Shown: one piece after another, positions 14,190 through 23,377 of the stretch | Numbering within the stretch: position 1 is the stretch's first letter | Layout: the number at the start of each line of letters is the position of its first letter | Source of the DNA: Brachybacterium equifaecis | GTDB taxonomy: Bacteria > Actinomycetota > Actinomycetes > Actinomycetales > Dermabacteraceae | NCBI RefSeq assembly: GCF_023509525.1 | Contig: NZ_JAKNCJ010000007.1 | Span: 79,727 to 111,726, forward strand | Length of the DNA: 32,000 nt | Direction: 5' to 3' | Notes under the pieces: generated by a model | The model's input: only the letters and a program-made list of their open reading frames with translations | What the model was told of the DNA's origin: nothing | Database searches by the model: none | Program-made: the position numbers and the translations under genes

Positions 14190-16304
14190 TCACCCCTCCT
14201 TGATGTAAGTGATGCCGAATGCGAATACTTGGCGGAACTCCTGGCGGCGGGAGCCGAGGTCGAACTGGCCGCCGGAGCCCTTCTGGAAGATGTCGAGACC
14301 ACGTCCCAGAACGAGCTTCCAGCCGTGGTTCGTGCGGATCGATCGGTCGTGGATGGTTTCGTCCCACATGACGGTGAACTTGATACCGACGGCTGCGGTG
14401 CTGTCCTGGATGTCCCGGAGCATGAGGAGGTGCTGCTGTGCGTATTCGCTGCGGTCTTCCTTGGTCACCAGCGTTACCGCGATCTCGTCGGCAGGGTCTT
14501 TTGCCGCTGCCAGCAGAGCCAACAGGTCAACGAGGTTGCGTCCCTGGTGCGGTAGCCGGATGTAGGGGTCAACGATGGTGATGCTGGTGGCATCGCGCAG
14601 GTAGGGCATGAGCAGCGTTTCGTACGACACCCCACGCTGGTTCTCCTGGAACTCGCGGTGCCCTTCGAACAAGGACGCCGCCACCTCGGGAGCAACTGGA
14701 GTCGCAACTGCGACCTCTGCTTGCGCGGACCCAGGCTCCGCCGACGACCCTACTTTCCCCTTGGCCTCGAGATGGCGAGCCTCGTAGTGGTCGGGATACT
14801 CGTCCTCTTCCAGTGTGGTGACTCCACTCCAGGTGCCTGATTTGTCGGAGTAGCCGAAGTTGACGGCGGCCATTGTGGTGTCGATCCGAAGAATCTGGTC
14901 CTTGACGCGCTTACGTCCTTCGACGGCGAAGCGCAGCAGTTCCTCGATCTCCTCTTGCGTGGCCTCGCCGCCTGGGTAGATGAGCTTCATCAGGCCGGAG
15001 AAGGTCTTGTGGATGCCGTCGCGGTCTCGTGTGGAGATGTCTGAGCCGAGCGTGAAGTGCGGCTGGTAGCGGTCGGAGTAGTCGGTGTTCCGCATGGATC
15101 GCAGCACTTCGGCGATGTAGTCGACGACGAAGCCGTACCCGGAGGAGAACATCTCGCTGCGGATCGTGTCTACCTCCCAGCCGGGGATGTAGAAGTGGAG
15201 CCGGTCGAGGTAGGCGGAGTCGTGATAGGCCTCCGGTAGCTCGTCGAACAGGTCAGAGTGCTTGAGCATGTAGGGCACGTTGTGCGAGGTGTTGCCCACG
15301 AACACCATCGACGCTTCAGCTCCGAGTGTCTCGACGCCGCGGGAGAATGACTTGTTCGCCATGTAGTTCTTCATGATGTCGACGAGCGCCTTGTCGGTGC
15401 GCTTCTTCTTGCCGGCGAACTCGTCGAAGGCCACCACGTCCCAGTAGCCGACAAGGCCGATGCGACCGTTGGCGTTGTTCACGAAGAGCTTCGGAACGGT
15501 GACCTCGCCACCGGAGATCAGCATGCCGTGGGGTGAGAACTCGGAGTAGATGTGTGACTTGCCGGTGCCCTTCGGTCCCAGCTCGACCAGGTTGTAGTTC
15601 CGCTCGACGAACGGGATGAGACGGACGAGTTGCAGCAGCTTGGCCCGTCGTCCGAACATCTCAGGGTTGAACCCGATGGACTGGATCAGCAGATCGATCC
15701 ACTCTTCGGTGTTGAACCCCTTGCGCGACGCGAGGTAGCCCTCGTAGTCGAAGCTCGACATCTGGATGGGCTTCAGGCTCCCCAGAATCCAGGGCACGAC
15801 GCGGGCGTCGTCGCTGTGGAAGTACTCGATGTCGCAGATGCACCAGACGCCGCCGACCAGCAGCTTTGGGTTCGCCTTCACTGTTGCAGGTTCGACGATG
15901 ACGCCGGTGAGCCCGAGGTTGGCGAACGAGGCCTGGTACACGTCCTGCTTGTCGTTCAGCGTCACGATCACCTTGTCGATGATCCGGTGGCGACCCTTCT
16001 CACGGATGGTGGACTTCACCAGTTCCGACTCGTTGCGGTGCACGTAGTGATCGGCGAGAATCTTGCGCACCGCATCGATACCGGCCTGGATCGTTGCCTC
16101 GTCGTCGGAGGCGGCGTATTGGCCAAGCAGGTACTCCAACACGTAGGAGGGGACGATCGCGTTGCCCTTGACGGCCTTCACGAGGTCTTTGCGGACGACG
16201 GAGCCACCGAACAGCAGGTTGATTTTGTAGTCAAGATCGCTCTGCTGCGGTGTGGCTGACTCGGTGTTGCGTTCCTCGCCGGAGTGGCTCTCGGTGTCCG
16301 TCAT
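14190..16304 (-). CDS. brxL: BREX BrxL-like AAA+ protein whose C-terminus is an MIT_C-type PLD-like domain instead of the Lon-like domain
   Basis: Start at ATG 16302-16304 (GAGGAAGC upstream, 14 nt after the pglZ stop). The N-terminus YKINLLFGGSVVRKDLVKAVKGNAIVPSYVLEYLLGQY...KLLVGGVWCICDIEYF is near-identical in pattern to BrxL. Walker A is GPKGTGKSH. The last ~155 aa (TIVDPYIRLPHQGRN...IHDRSIRTNHGWKLVLGRGLDIFQ) match the MITD1 C-terminal domain signature. Confidence 0.85.
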   Translation of the reverse strand: MTDTESHSGEERNTESATPQQSDLDYKINLLFGGSVVRKDLVKAVKGNAIVPSYVLEYLLGQYAASDDEATIQAGIDAVRKILADHYVHRNESELVKSTIREKGRHRIIDKVIVTLNDKQDVYQASFANLGLTGVIVEPATVKANPKLLVGGVWCICDIEYFHSDDARVVPWILGSLKPIQMSSFDYEGYLASRKGFNTEEWIDLLIQSIGFNPEMFGRRAKLLQLVRLIPFVERNYNLVELGPKGTGKSHIYSEFSPHGMLISGGEVTVPKLFVNNANGRIGLVGYWDVVAFDEFAGKKKRTDKALVDIMKNYMANKSFSRGVETLGAEASMVFVGNTSHNVPYMLKHSDLFDELPEAYHDSAYLDRLHFYIPGWEVDTIRSEMFSSGYGFVVDYIAEVLRSMRNTDYSDRYQPHFTLGSDISTRDRDGIHKTFSGLMKLIYPGGEATQEEIEELLRFAVEGRKRVKDQILRIDTTMAAVNFGYSDKSGTWSGVTTLEEDEYPDHYEARHLEAKGKVGSSAEPGSAQAEVAVATPVAPEVAASLFEGHREFQENQRGVSYETLLMPYLRDATSITIVDPYIRLPHQGRNLVDLLALLAAAKDPADEIAVTLVTKEDRSEYAQQHLLMLRDIQDSTAAVGIKFTVMWDETIHDRSIRTNHGWKLVLGRGLDIFQKGSGGQFDLGSRRQEFRQVFAFGITYIKEG

Positions 16305-16318
16305 GGCTGCTGCTTCCT

Positions 16319-18814
16319 CTAGAAATCGAAGTCCGATGTGAACGAGCGCTTGAGCAGGTACTGAGCCCGCTGGTAGACGCGCCACTGGGTGGTGTTGGGT
16401 ATCTGCTCTTCGAGCCGGAACTCGACCGTGCGGTTGTTGAACTCGTTGGCGTCCTGGCTGAGGAGCATCCGTGCACTCTGGTAGCGGTCGCGCTTGTCAT
16501 CGGAGGGTTGGTCGAAGAGCAGCTCGGGCTGATTCGAGATCAGGGTCTCGCCGACGTAGAGGCCGCCGCGTAGCGTGCGAGCCTGGACCTTCTCGCCAAC
16601 CGGCTCGGACTGGAAGAGCTTCACGACGAGCTGGCCGGTGGTGATCTTGTCCGTCTCGGGCAGCACCTCGACGTTGACGGGCCGAGTGTCGCTCTTGCGC
16701 TTCTTGTTGACGGTGAGCACCGGCACGACGATTTCCTGGAGCGCGGCACCGCCGTGAACGAACCGGGAGCCCGCGCCCGGCAGCTTGAGTCGATGGATCG
16801 ACTTGGGAAGCTGCACCTCAAGGTCGCTGCTGAGCCCGAGCTGTTCAGGCTCGAACTTTCGGAACGCGGGATCATCCTTGAGCCCTCGGCCGAGCACGTA
16901 CCGGCGGTTCGTCACGACAAGTTCGTCGCCCTGCGGCTTGGTCGAGAGGTAGGAGGCGTCGGCAAGCGCGGTGTCCTGGTAGAGGAAGCCGTGGTCGGCG
17001 GTCACGAGGATATTCGTGGCGTTCGCATTGGTGAGGCGTTTGATGAGGTCGACCAGTTCGCGCAGCGCGTCGTTGGCGGCCTCGAACACCTGACGTTCGG
17101 TGCGGGCCTTGTCGCCTGCGGCGTCGATCCGGTCGTGGTACACGTACAGCACTTGGTGCGCTCCGTAGAGTTCGCGCAGCTCGCCGCGCGGCATCGCGAG
17201 AACGTCCTCAGCCTGGATCGCGAACCCGTCCACCGGAGCCAGCACCTTGTTGCGGTTCGCCGTCCCGTCGGAACGCTGGCTGTCGACGAGCACCGGGTCA
17301 CCATCGCGTGAGTGGGCAAGCGTCTTGTGCGGAAGCAGGGCGGCCATGCCGAGTTGGGTATAGCTCGGTAGCACGCCGAGCATCGCGTCGAGCTCCGCGT
17401 CGAAGCGGTCTTCCTGACGGATACGTGAACCCAGTTCGTCGGCGACCTCGTAGCGCAGCGCATCAGAGATGATGACGACGGCCTTCCGGCTGCCCTTTCT
17501 GATGATGGGCTTGACGTGATCGGTGAAGAACCTTGCCTGCGGGCGGAGTGCGACTGATCGCCAGTCAGACACGGCATCGACCTGCTGCTGCCAGGCGTTG
17601 CCTAGCTCGTAGAGGTATCGGTTCGCGTAGTGCTTCTCCACCTCGACCCGGAGCGCTTCGAGCGGGCCTGCATACTCGGTTGTGCGGGCGGCAAAGTGAA
17701 ACTGTCGGTACAGCTGGTCGATGCGGAACCAGTGCTTGCGGTACCGGTCGAGTCCGTCATCGAACGACGCGATCTCGAACCTCGCAGTCGCGAGATCACT
17801 CAACAGGTCAGAGGCAGCGGCGAGCGCCGCGTAGAGTTCCCGGTAGCCATCAACCCAGACGCTGCTCTGTCGAGAACGGATGACCTCGGACACCTCGCGT
17901 GCGCTCATTGTCCGCTCGACGATCGCGTGCACCAGCGCGCTGATGATCTTGCGCTCCACGTCCTCGAAAAGATCGTTTCCCACAAGCTCAGCCAGTTCGG
18001 CATCCTCGATGGTGTTGGCGTAGTCGAGACTTTCAGCTGCGCGCCGAGCCAACGTGGCGAGCGCATCGGCGCTGCGTCGGTCGTTGCGCAGACTCGAGAA
18101 GTCAAGCTGGATATTGCGCAGGGCTCCGGGCGTGTCGGACGCAAACCCGTTGATCGCCTGGCGGAACATCCACAGCACGAAGTCATCGACGCTGGGCTCA
18201 CTTGCTTCGTAGCCGTAAATCTTGGCAACACCGGCCCAGTGGAAGCCATCGAGACCCTGCTCGACCAGCGCGGCGTACTTGGTGTGCGCGCCCCGCGCGT
18301 TCTCGATCAGCAACGCACGCGTGAGCTCCAGCATGCTGTGCTCGCGCTGGCCAAGCACCACTGCTGACATCTTCGCTCGCAACCTGTCGGCGTCATCGTT
18401 GGTCGCGAGGAGGGATTTGAGGCTCTGGACTCGCTTGACGGCTCGGAAGAACTTCTCGTGCTCTCGCACCACCTCGTCGATCCCGCTACCGCTGAGACCA
18501 AGGTCTTGGCTCACGAGCGCGGTCCGGTCAGCGGTGAAGACCCCATAGGCCAACTCAAGATCAAGCAACCAGTTGCCAATGCCCGGAGGCACAGGAGCGC
18601 CTCGGTACAGGAGAAACTTGCCCACCGGCTCGTCGTGGAGCACTCGGCTCTTCAACGCGTACTCGTTGTTCTCCACTCGCACAGTGGTCACACCCTTGAG
18701 ATCAAGCGCGTCGAGCTCGACGGCGTACTCGCCGTCAGCGTCGTGCCAGAACACCAGGCGCTCTGACTCGAACCTCTGCTCCAAGTATGGCAGGACAGCA
18801 CTGAGCGAACTCAT
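16319..18814 (-). CDS. pglZ: BREX PglZ (alkaline-phosphatase-superfamily) protein
   Basis: 831 aa. The N-terminus LVFWHDADGEY...FLLYRGAPVPPGIGNWLLDLELAYGVFTAD is typical of BREX-1 PglZ. The PglZ core has VVIISDALRYEV...LPSYTQLGMAALLP...VTADHGF. Confidence 0.95.
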   Translation of the reverse strand: MSSLSAVLPYLEQRFESERLVFWHDADGEYAVELDALDLKGVTTVRVENNEYALKSRVLHDEPVGKFLLYRGAPVPPGIGNWLLDLELAYGVFTADRTALVSQDLGLSGSGIDEVVREHEKFFRAVKRVQSLKSLLATNDDADRLRAKMSAVVLGQREHSMLELTRALLIENARGAHTKYAALVEQGLDGFHWAGVAKIYGYEASEPSVDDFVLWMFRQAINGFASDTPGALRNIQLDFSSLRNDRRSADALATLARRAAESLDYANTIEDAELAELVGNDLFEDVERKIISALVHAIVERTMSAREVSEVIRSRQSSVWVDGYRELYAALAAASDLLSDLATARFEIASFDDGLDRYRKHWFRIDQLYRQFHFAARTTEYAGPLEALRVEVEKHYANRYLYELGNAWQQQVDAVSDWRSVALRPQARFFTDHVKPIIRKGSRKAVVIISDALRYEVADELGSRIRQEDRFDAELDAMLGVLPSYTQLGMAALLPHKTLAHSRDGDPVLVDSQRSDGTANRNKVLAPVDGFAIQAEDVLAMPRGELRELYGAHQVLYVYHDRIDAAGDKARTERQVFEAANDALRELVDLIKRLTNANATNILVTADHGFLYQDTALADASYLSTKPQGDELVVTNRRYVLGRGLKDDPAFRKFEPEQLGLSSDLEVQLPKSIHRLKLPGAGSRFVHGGAALQEIVVPVLTVNKKRKSDTRPVNVEVLPETDKITTGQLVVKLFQSEPVGEKVQARTLRGGLYVGETLISNQPELLFDQPSDDKRDRYQSARMLLSQDANEFNNRTVEFRLEEQIPNTTQWRVYQRAQYLLKRSFTSDFDF

Positions 18815-19857
18815 TCCGCGTCCTCCCGTTCTGAGGAAGCTTCGAGCTCGCGACTTGCGACGCGCTCGGCTGCTGCCTCATAAACCTGCTGGATTCGGGC
18901 CTGAAGCTCAGCTTTCGGCGGCAGCGCCGTCCAGTACTCCGCCACCGCGATTCCGTCCTTATGCATCTCCAGTAGTTCGATCTGCTCGCGGCTCGCCGCA
19001 GTGCAGAGAATCAGGCCGATCGGCGGTTCCTCTCCCTCCCTGCGTTCGTGGCGGTCGAGCCACTTCAGATAGAGCTTCATCTGGCCCTCGTAAGCGGCCT
19101 TGAACTTGCCGATCTTCAGTTCGACGGCGACGAGGCGTCGCAGAGGCCGACTGAAGAAGAGCAGGTCGAGATGGTAGTCATCGTCGTCAATGATCATTCG
19201 CTTCTGTCGTTCGACGAAGGCGAAGCCGTTCCCCGCTTCGAGCAGGAATGCCTCCATGTCCCGGATGATCGCGGCTTCAAGGTCGCGTTCGAGGAACGTG
19301 TCTTCCAGGCCGAGGAAGTCCAGCAGGTAGGGGTCGCGAAACACATCTCGCGGGACAGCGCTCTCGCCAACGATTTGCGCGTTGGCGATCTCGCGGCGCT
19401 CGTAGCCCTTCCGCGCGATTAGTTGCCGCAGGCCGCGGACGCTCAGCCCCTGGCTCACGGCCTCCTGCACGTAGAAGGCTCTGGCCTCGGGGGTCTTCAG
19501 GGGAAGCAGCGCCCGGAAATGCGTCCAGCTCAATTGTCGTCCCAGCGAGACGACAATCTGCTCGTCCGGGAACTGCTGGGCAAACTGGATCATGCGGCGG
19601 AGGTTCTTCTCCTCGTACGAGCGCCCGTACTGCTCCACTAACTGTCGTCCCAGCGACACGACAATCTGCTCCCCGTAGGCGGCTCGCTCCGAGCCGAGCA
19701 GCTCCTCGCCAACGAGGCGGCCGAGCCGCCAGAAGGTCAGCGTCAGGGCCAGGTTGGCTTGACGAGCAGCCGCAGCCTGCCCCTTCTCGATCACCTCTAA
19801 GGCGCGAGCGAGCAAGTCTCGCTCTGCCTCCCCGCTGCTTCGAGCGATCTCAGTCAT
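18811..19857 (-). CDS. DUF1016/YhcG-family PD-(D/E)xK nuclease embedded in the BREX operon
   Basis: 348 aa. The N-terminal YhcG-type region has QLSWTHFRALLPLK...ARAFYVQEAVSQGLSVRGL. The C-terminal nuclease core has FAFVERQ...YHLDLLFFSRPLRRLVAVELKIGKF (D...ELK). It overlaps pglX by 8 nt and pglZ by 4 nt (ATGA). Confidence 0.85.
   Translation of the reverse strand: MTEIARSSGEAERDLLARALEVIEKGQAAAARQANLALTLTFWRLGRLVGEELLGSERAAYGEQIVVSLGRQLVEQYGRSYEEKNLRRMIQFAQQFPDEQIVVSLGRQLSWTHFRALLPLKTPEARAFYVQEAVSQGLSVRGLRQLIARKGYERREIANAQIVGESAVPRDVFRDPYLLDFLGLEDTFLERDLEAAIIRDMEAFLLEAGNGFAFVERQKRMIIDDDDYHLDLLFFSRPLRRLVAVELKIGKFKAAYEGQMKLYLKWLDRHERREGEEPPIGLILCTAASREQIELLEMHKDGIAVAEYWTALPPKAELQARIQQVYEAAAERVASRELEASSEREDAE
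19531..19671. repeat. Two 33-bp direct repeats (30/33 identical, 108 bp apart), each containing an internal inverted repeat, inside the DUF1016 gene
   Basis: 19531-19563 is CAATTGTCGTCCCAGCGAGACGACAATCTGCTC. 19639-19671 is TAACTGTCGTCCCAGCGACACGACAATCTGCTC. Copy 1 carries ATTGTCGT...ACGACAAT; in copy 2 the left arm is ACTGTCGT (one mismatch). Both encode EQIVVSLGRQL. Confidence 0.8.
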
Positions 19858-22800
19858 CGGTCGCGTCCAAACTTGCGATCTTCTTGAGGGCCGGGTAGAA
19901 CTTCGGGTAGTTGGCCTTCACCCCGTCATCGAGGTCGATGGCGATCTGCTGAGACGCCAGCGGGTAGAGCACGTCATGTTCGTACTCGCTGAGTTCCACC
20001 AGCACCTTGCGGAGCCGCTCGGCTTCCTTCAGCGCCGCTGCCTTCTCGCGAGGCGTACCCTCCCCGGCGGCGAGACGCTCCTGGTGCTGGAGGTTCGCCT
20101 CCAGCTTCGACTCGAACTCACGCAGGTACTCGTTCAGCACCGTTGAGACCGTGGACGGCGTGTAGCGGTGCATGTAGATCAGCGCGTTGAACGATCCCTT
20201 CGGGCTGGAGAACAGCCAGTAGATCGGGCGCTTCTTGTACCGCTGGACGTGATCCTTGTAGAACGCCTTCACGAAGTAGTCACGTAGACTCCTCACGCCG
20301 AGCGATTCGGTGACGCAGCGTAGGTTCTCCTCGAAGTGCCGCTCACCAAACGTCGTGCGTAGGAATCGGCGGAAACGTTCGACGATGTCGTCCTCGAACC
20401 AATCGCCATCCACGATCGGGATCACGTTGTCCTCGTCCGGGGTGAACGTCGGTGAGGATATCTGCGCGAGGTAGTCCTGTACCGTCGTCCCCTGGTCGGC
20501 GAGGATGAGCCCCGGGCGGTCAAGGCTATACCTACCGAACATGCAGCCGACCGCGAACGAAACCAGATCAACAACGAGTTCGCGCCGAGCCGCACGTTCG
20601 GGATCATCGGCAGTCGCGAATGCGTATTCCGCGTTGCCGAGGAGCGTAATACTGGAACGCGCCACGGACGCGGTACCCTCGCTCGCCTCGCCTAAGGCCT
20701 CACCAATGGCGTCTTGGATTTGCTGCTCGATCGAAAGAAGGTTTGCAGTACGCTGCTGCCCCAGCGAACGACAGCGATCAATCCACGACTCCAGCGTGCC
20801 TGGGCTAAATTCGGACGGAAGAGCAGTGAATCCTGGCGCGGTCTCCTGCGTCAGCCAGTCTTCTCTGGCGATCTCGATCGCGTCAGTGGCCCGACGCTCA
20901 ATTTGCTGAGGATCGACGTTCGGAAGTGGAAGCCGAGCAAAGTCACCTGCCTTGAAGTGATGAGTCGGGTTCAGAAGGTCCGCGAACTCTGACCCGTACT
21001 TGGTGTTGACAAGGGCCAGCGCCGCAAACATTGCCTCTCGCTCGGAGCGCGGGTACGCGCACAGGCCGGTTGCGTCGAAGAGAAATCCTGGCGGGTAGTA
21101 CCGCAGAGCAAGACCACGACTCGTGATTGAGGACCACGAGACGGCTTCCCTGAAGATGAACTCAAGGTTGAAATTGTGCGCCCATACACGCGAGCCACTC
21201 GGGTGGAGGGTCGTCTGGAGCTCGGCTCCGTCGTTGTACCAGTCGACGACGAACTCATCGTGACCATACCAACGCCTTGGACCGCCTCCCTTGTTGTAGG
21301 GGAACCAGCGTTTTTTGCTCTCCTTCCCGGATTCACGGCTCTCTGCCCACCGGTTCGTGGCAGACGCTGCGACTTCCCACCAGAAGCGCAGGTATCGAGC
21401 ATTGTTCCCCGTAGCCATCCCCTCCCTGGGGTTGAGCACGTCTCCCAGATGCGGACCTGAGGCAAGAGCTTTGAGCCCCGCCTCTGACATCCAGTAACAA
21501 ACTGGAGCGCCAGGGATCGCGAGAAAATCGCTGAGCCTACGACGGAACACCCTGCGCGATGCCGTGATGGCTCCAAGCAGCGCGAGCTCCTTCGCCGCCT
21601 CATTCTCACCATCGACGAGCCGGGCGAACCAACACTCTCGACCCGAGTCGTGAAGTCTCAAGACGAACGCCGCAGTCGAGGCAACTTCGCCGCTCAGGCT
21701 GTCGAAAGCCCCGGCTCCAAAGTGAAGAACTTGCTCAAGTTGGTGAGCTGCCAAGAGCTTGCTGCGAAGCGCAGCGAAGGCCGGGCGAAAGAGCCAGTTT
21801 TGTTTTGCGATCATCGAGACGATGCCGCCGCGAACGGCGAGCGTCTGCGCTCTTTGGATGAAGGTCGCGAAGAGATCGGCTTTGGCGTCAGGCATAATGC
21901 GCTGGATAAAGTCCTCTAGGAGACCGGCCATGTTGGATGAGCCCATGTACGGAGGGTTCGCGACCACGACAAGATGCCGTTGGCTCAGGTACTCAGCTTG
22001 ATCGATGACGCGCTTGGCCCAGTCGAGCGCGTCGGCGCGAAGTAGGTCGCCGCGGGCGTGGAGCGTGGAGAGGTGGCGTGCGAGCCGTACTGTCAGATAG
22101 GGGTCAGGCTCAATGAGCGACCCGAGGGTGTCGGCCTCAGCGAACTGGTTCCAGAACAGTCCCTCTGCGTGCTTGTCGCCATCCTCGGTGACGAGGTAAT
22201 CCAGCTCGTCAGGGCTGAACGAGATCGGTTCGAGCACGCAGATGTTGGGCTTGACCTGCTTACCAAGAAACGTACGCTGCTTGGCCCGTGCCTTCATCGT
22301 AAGTGCGAAAGCTGCGAGGGTACCTGCACGCGGGTCGATCTCGGTGCCGTAGAGGTTGTGGGTAAGGATCAGTTCGGGAATCTCGGAGGGCGCGTAGCCC
22401 TCTTCTTCGTAGATCGCGTAGAAGAGGTCGAAGGCGTAGGTGAGCATGTGACCAGAGCCGCAGGCCGGGTCGATGATTCTCAATTCCTCGGGGCTGCTGA
22501 TCGTGAGGAAGTCTGTCTCCTCGTTAAGAGGGGCGATGTAGTAGTCCATCTGCTCGATGAGCCGAGAGGACGGGTGGTTGAGCATCCAGAGGCGGCCAAC
22601 GGAGTTCTCTACGAGGTATCGGACGATCCAGTGTGGGGTGAAGAGTTGGGTCGCGGCGGGAATCTCAGCGGCGCCGGCCTTCTTGCCTTTCTTGAACCCG
22701 GCAAAGACTTCGTCTTTCCGTTCGGAGATGTAGAACTGGTAGAGCCAGCCGATGACCTCAACGTCGCGGCAGGCTGCTGCTGTGAACGTCGATGCGGCCT

Positions 22801-23365
22801 TGCTGAGGATGGAGTCTGCGGCGAGAAGGTTGGCGGGGATGAGGAGTTCGGTGTAGTCGCCCTCGCGCTCGAACATGAACGGCATTGAGCGGTTCCAGTA
22901 GCGGCAGTACTCGGCGAGTAGCAGGGTGTAGGCCTCACCATGGGCGTCTGTGCTGGGGCGGGTTCCGTCGAGGAGGCCAGTGATGGCGTCGAGGGTGCGC
23001 TTGTTGCTGACGACAGCAGGGTCGATGCTGCCCCGCTTGGCGTCGGCGAGTATCTCTGGTTGTCCGGTCTGCTGGCCGTGGGCTGGCGAGACGACCCCGA
23101 TGCCGGTGTAGCCGTTGGCGTCCATGAAGCGGAGGGCGATGATGCGGTTGAACCAGGTGTAGGCGACCTTGTCGGCGATCGCGTTCTTGCCCTTGGCTCC
23201 GCCGCCGGCCGCCGCGATGTCGCGTTCGAGTATGGTCACGGCGCGCTGGTTCTCGACTCGCTCCGGCGATGCGGGTGCGAGCACGGCGGTCAGGCGGGCG
23301 CTGACCTGAGTGATGAGTTCGCGTCTGGCCCAGGTGGCGAAGCTCTTCAGCGGTGCGATTTCCAT
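19850..23365 (-). CDS. pglX: BREX-1 PglX N6-adenine DNA methyltransferase
   Basis: 1171 aa. The N-terminus ...KVAYTWFNRIIALRFMDANGY is typical of PglX/BrxX. SAM motif IIDPACGSGHML. Catalytic motif VVANPPYMG. Confidence 0.95.
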   Translation of the reverse strand: MEIAPLKSFATWARRELITQVSARLTAVLAPASPERVENQRAVTILERDIAAAGGGAKGKNAIADKVAYTWFNRIIALRFMDANGYTGIGVVSPAHGQQTGQPEILADAKRGSIDPAVVSNKRTLDAITGLLDGTRPSTDAHGEAYTLLLAEYCRYWNRSMPFMFEREGDYTELLIPANLLAADSILSKAASTFTAAACRDVEVIGWLYQFYISERKDEVFAGFKKGKKAGAAEIPAATQLFTPHWIVRYLVENSVGRLWMLNHPSSRLIEQMDYYIAPLNEETDFLTISSPEELRIIDPACGSGHMLTYAFDLFYAIYEEEGYAPSEIPELILTHNLYGTEIDPRAGTLAAFALTMKARAKQRTFLGKQVKPNICVLEPISFSPDELDYLVTEDGDKHAEGLFWNQFAEADTLGSLIEPDPYLTVRLARHLSTLHARGDLLRADALDWAKRVIDQAEYLSQRHLVVVANPPYMGSSNMAGLLEDFIQRIMPDAKADLFATFIQRAQTLAVRGGIVSMIAKQNWLFRPAFAALRSKLLAAHQLEQVLHFGAGAFDSLSGEVASTAAFVLRLHDSGRECWFARLVDGENEAAKELALLGAITASRRVFRRRLSDFLAIPGAPVCYWMSEAGLKALASGPHLGDVLNPREGMATGNNARYLRFWWEVAASATNRWAESRESGKESKKRWFPYNKGGGPRRWYGHDEFVVDWYNDGAELQTTLHPSGSRVWAHNFNLEFIFREAVSWSSITSRGLALRYYPPGFLFDATGLCAYPRSEREAMFAALALVNTKYGSEFADLLNPTHHFKAGDFARLPLPNVDPQQIERRATDAIEIAREDWLTQETAPGFTALPSEFSPGTLESWIDRCRSLGQQRTANLLSIEQQIQDAIGEALGEASEGTASVARSSITLLGNAEYAFATADDPERAARRELVVDLVSFAVGCMFGRYSLDRPGLILADQGTTVQDYLAQISSPTFTPDEDNVIPIVDGDWFEDDIVERFRRFLRTTFGERHFEENLRCVTESLGVRSLRDYFVKAFYKDHVQRYKKRPIYWLFSSPKGSFNALIYMHRYTPSTVSTVLNEYLREFESKLEANLQHQERLAAGEGTPREKAAALKEAERLRKVLVELSEYEHDVLYPLASQQIAIDLDDGVKANYPKFYPALKKIASLDATDD

Positions 23366-23377
23366 GCGTCTTGTCTC

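Noticed and set aside
19850-23365. Phase-variation tract in pglX (as in Streptomyces Pgl)
   Set aside because: Reading through the gene I saw no homopolymer or short tandem tract longer than about 6 nt (for example T6 near 21306-21311). This was not exhaustively computed.
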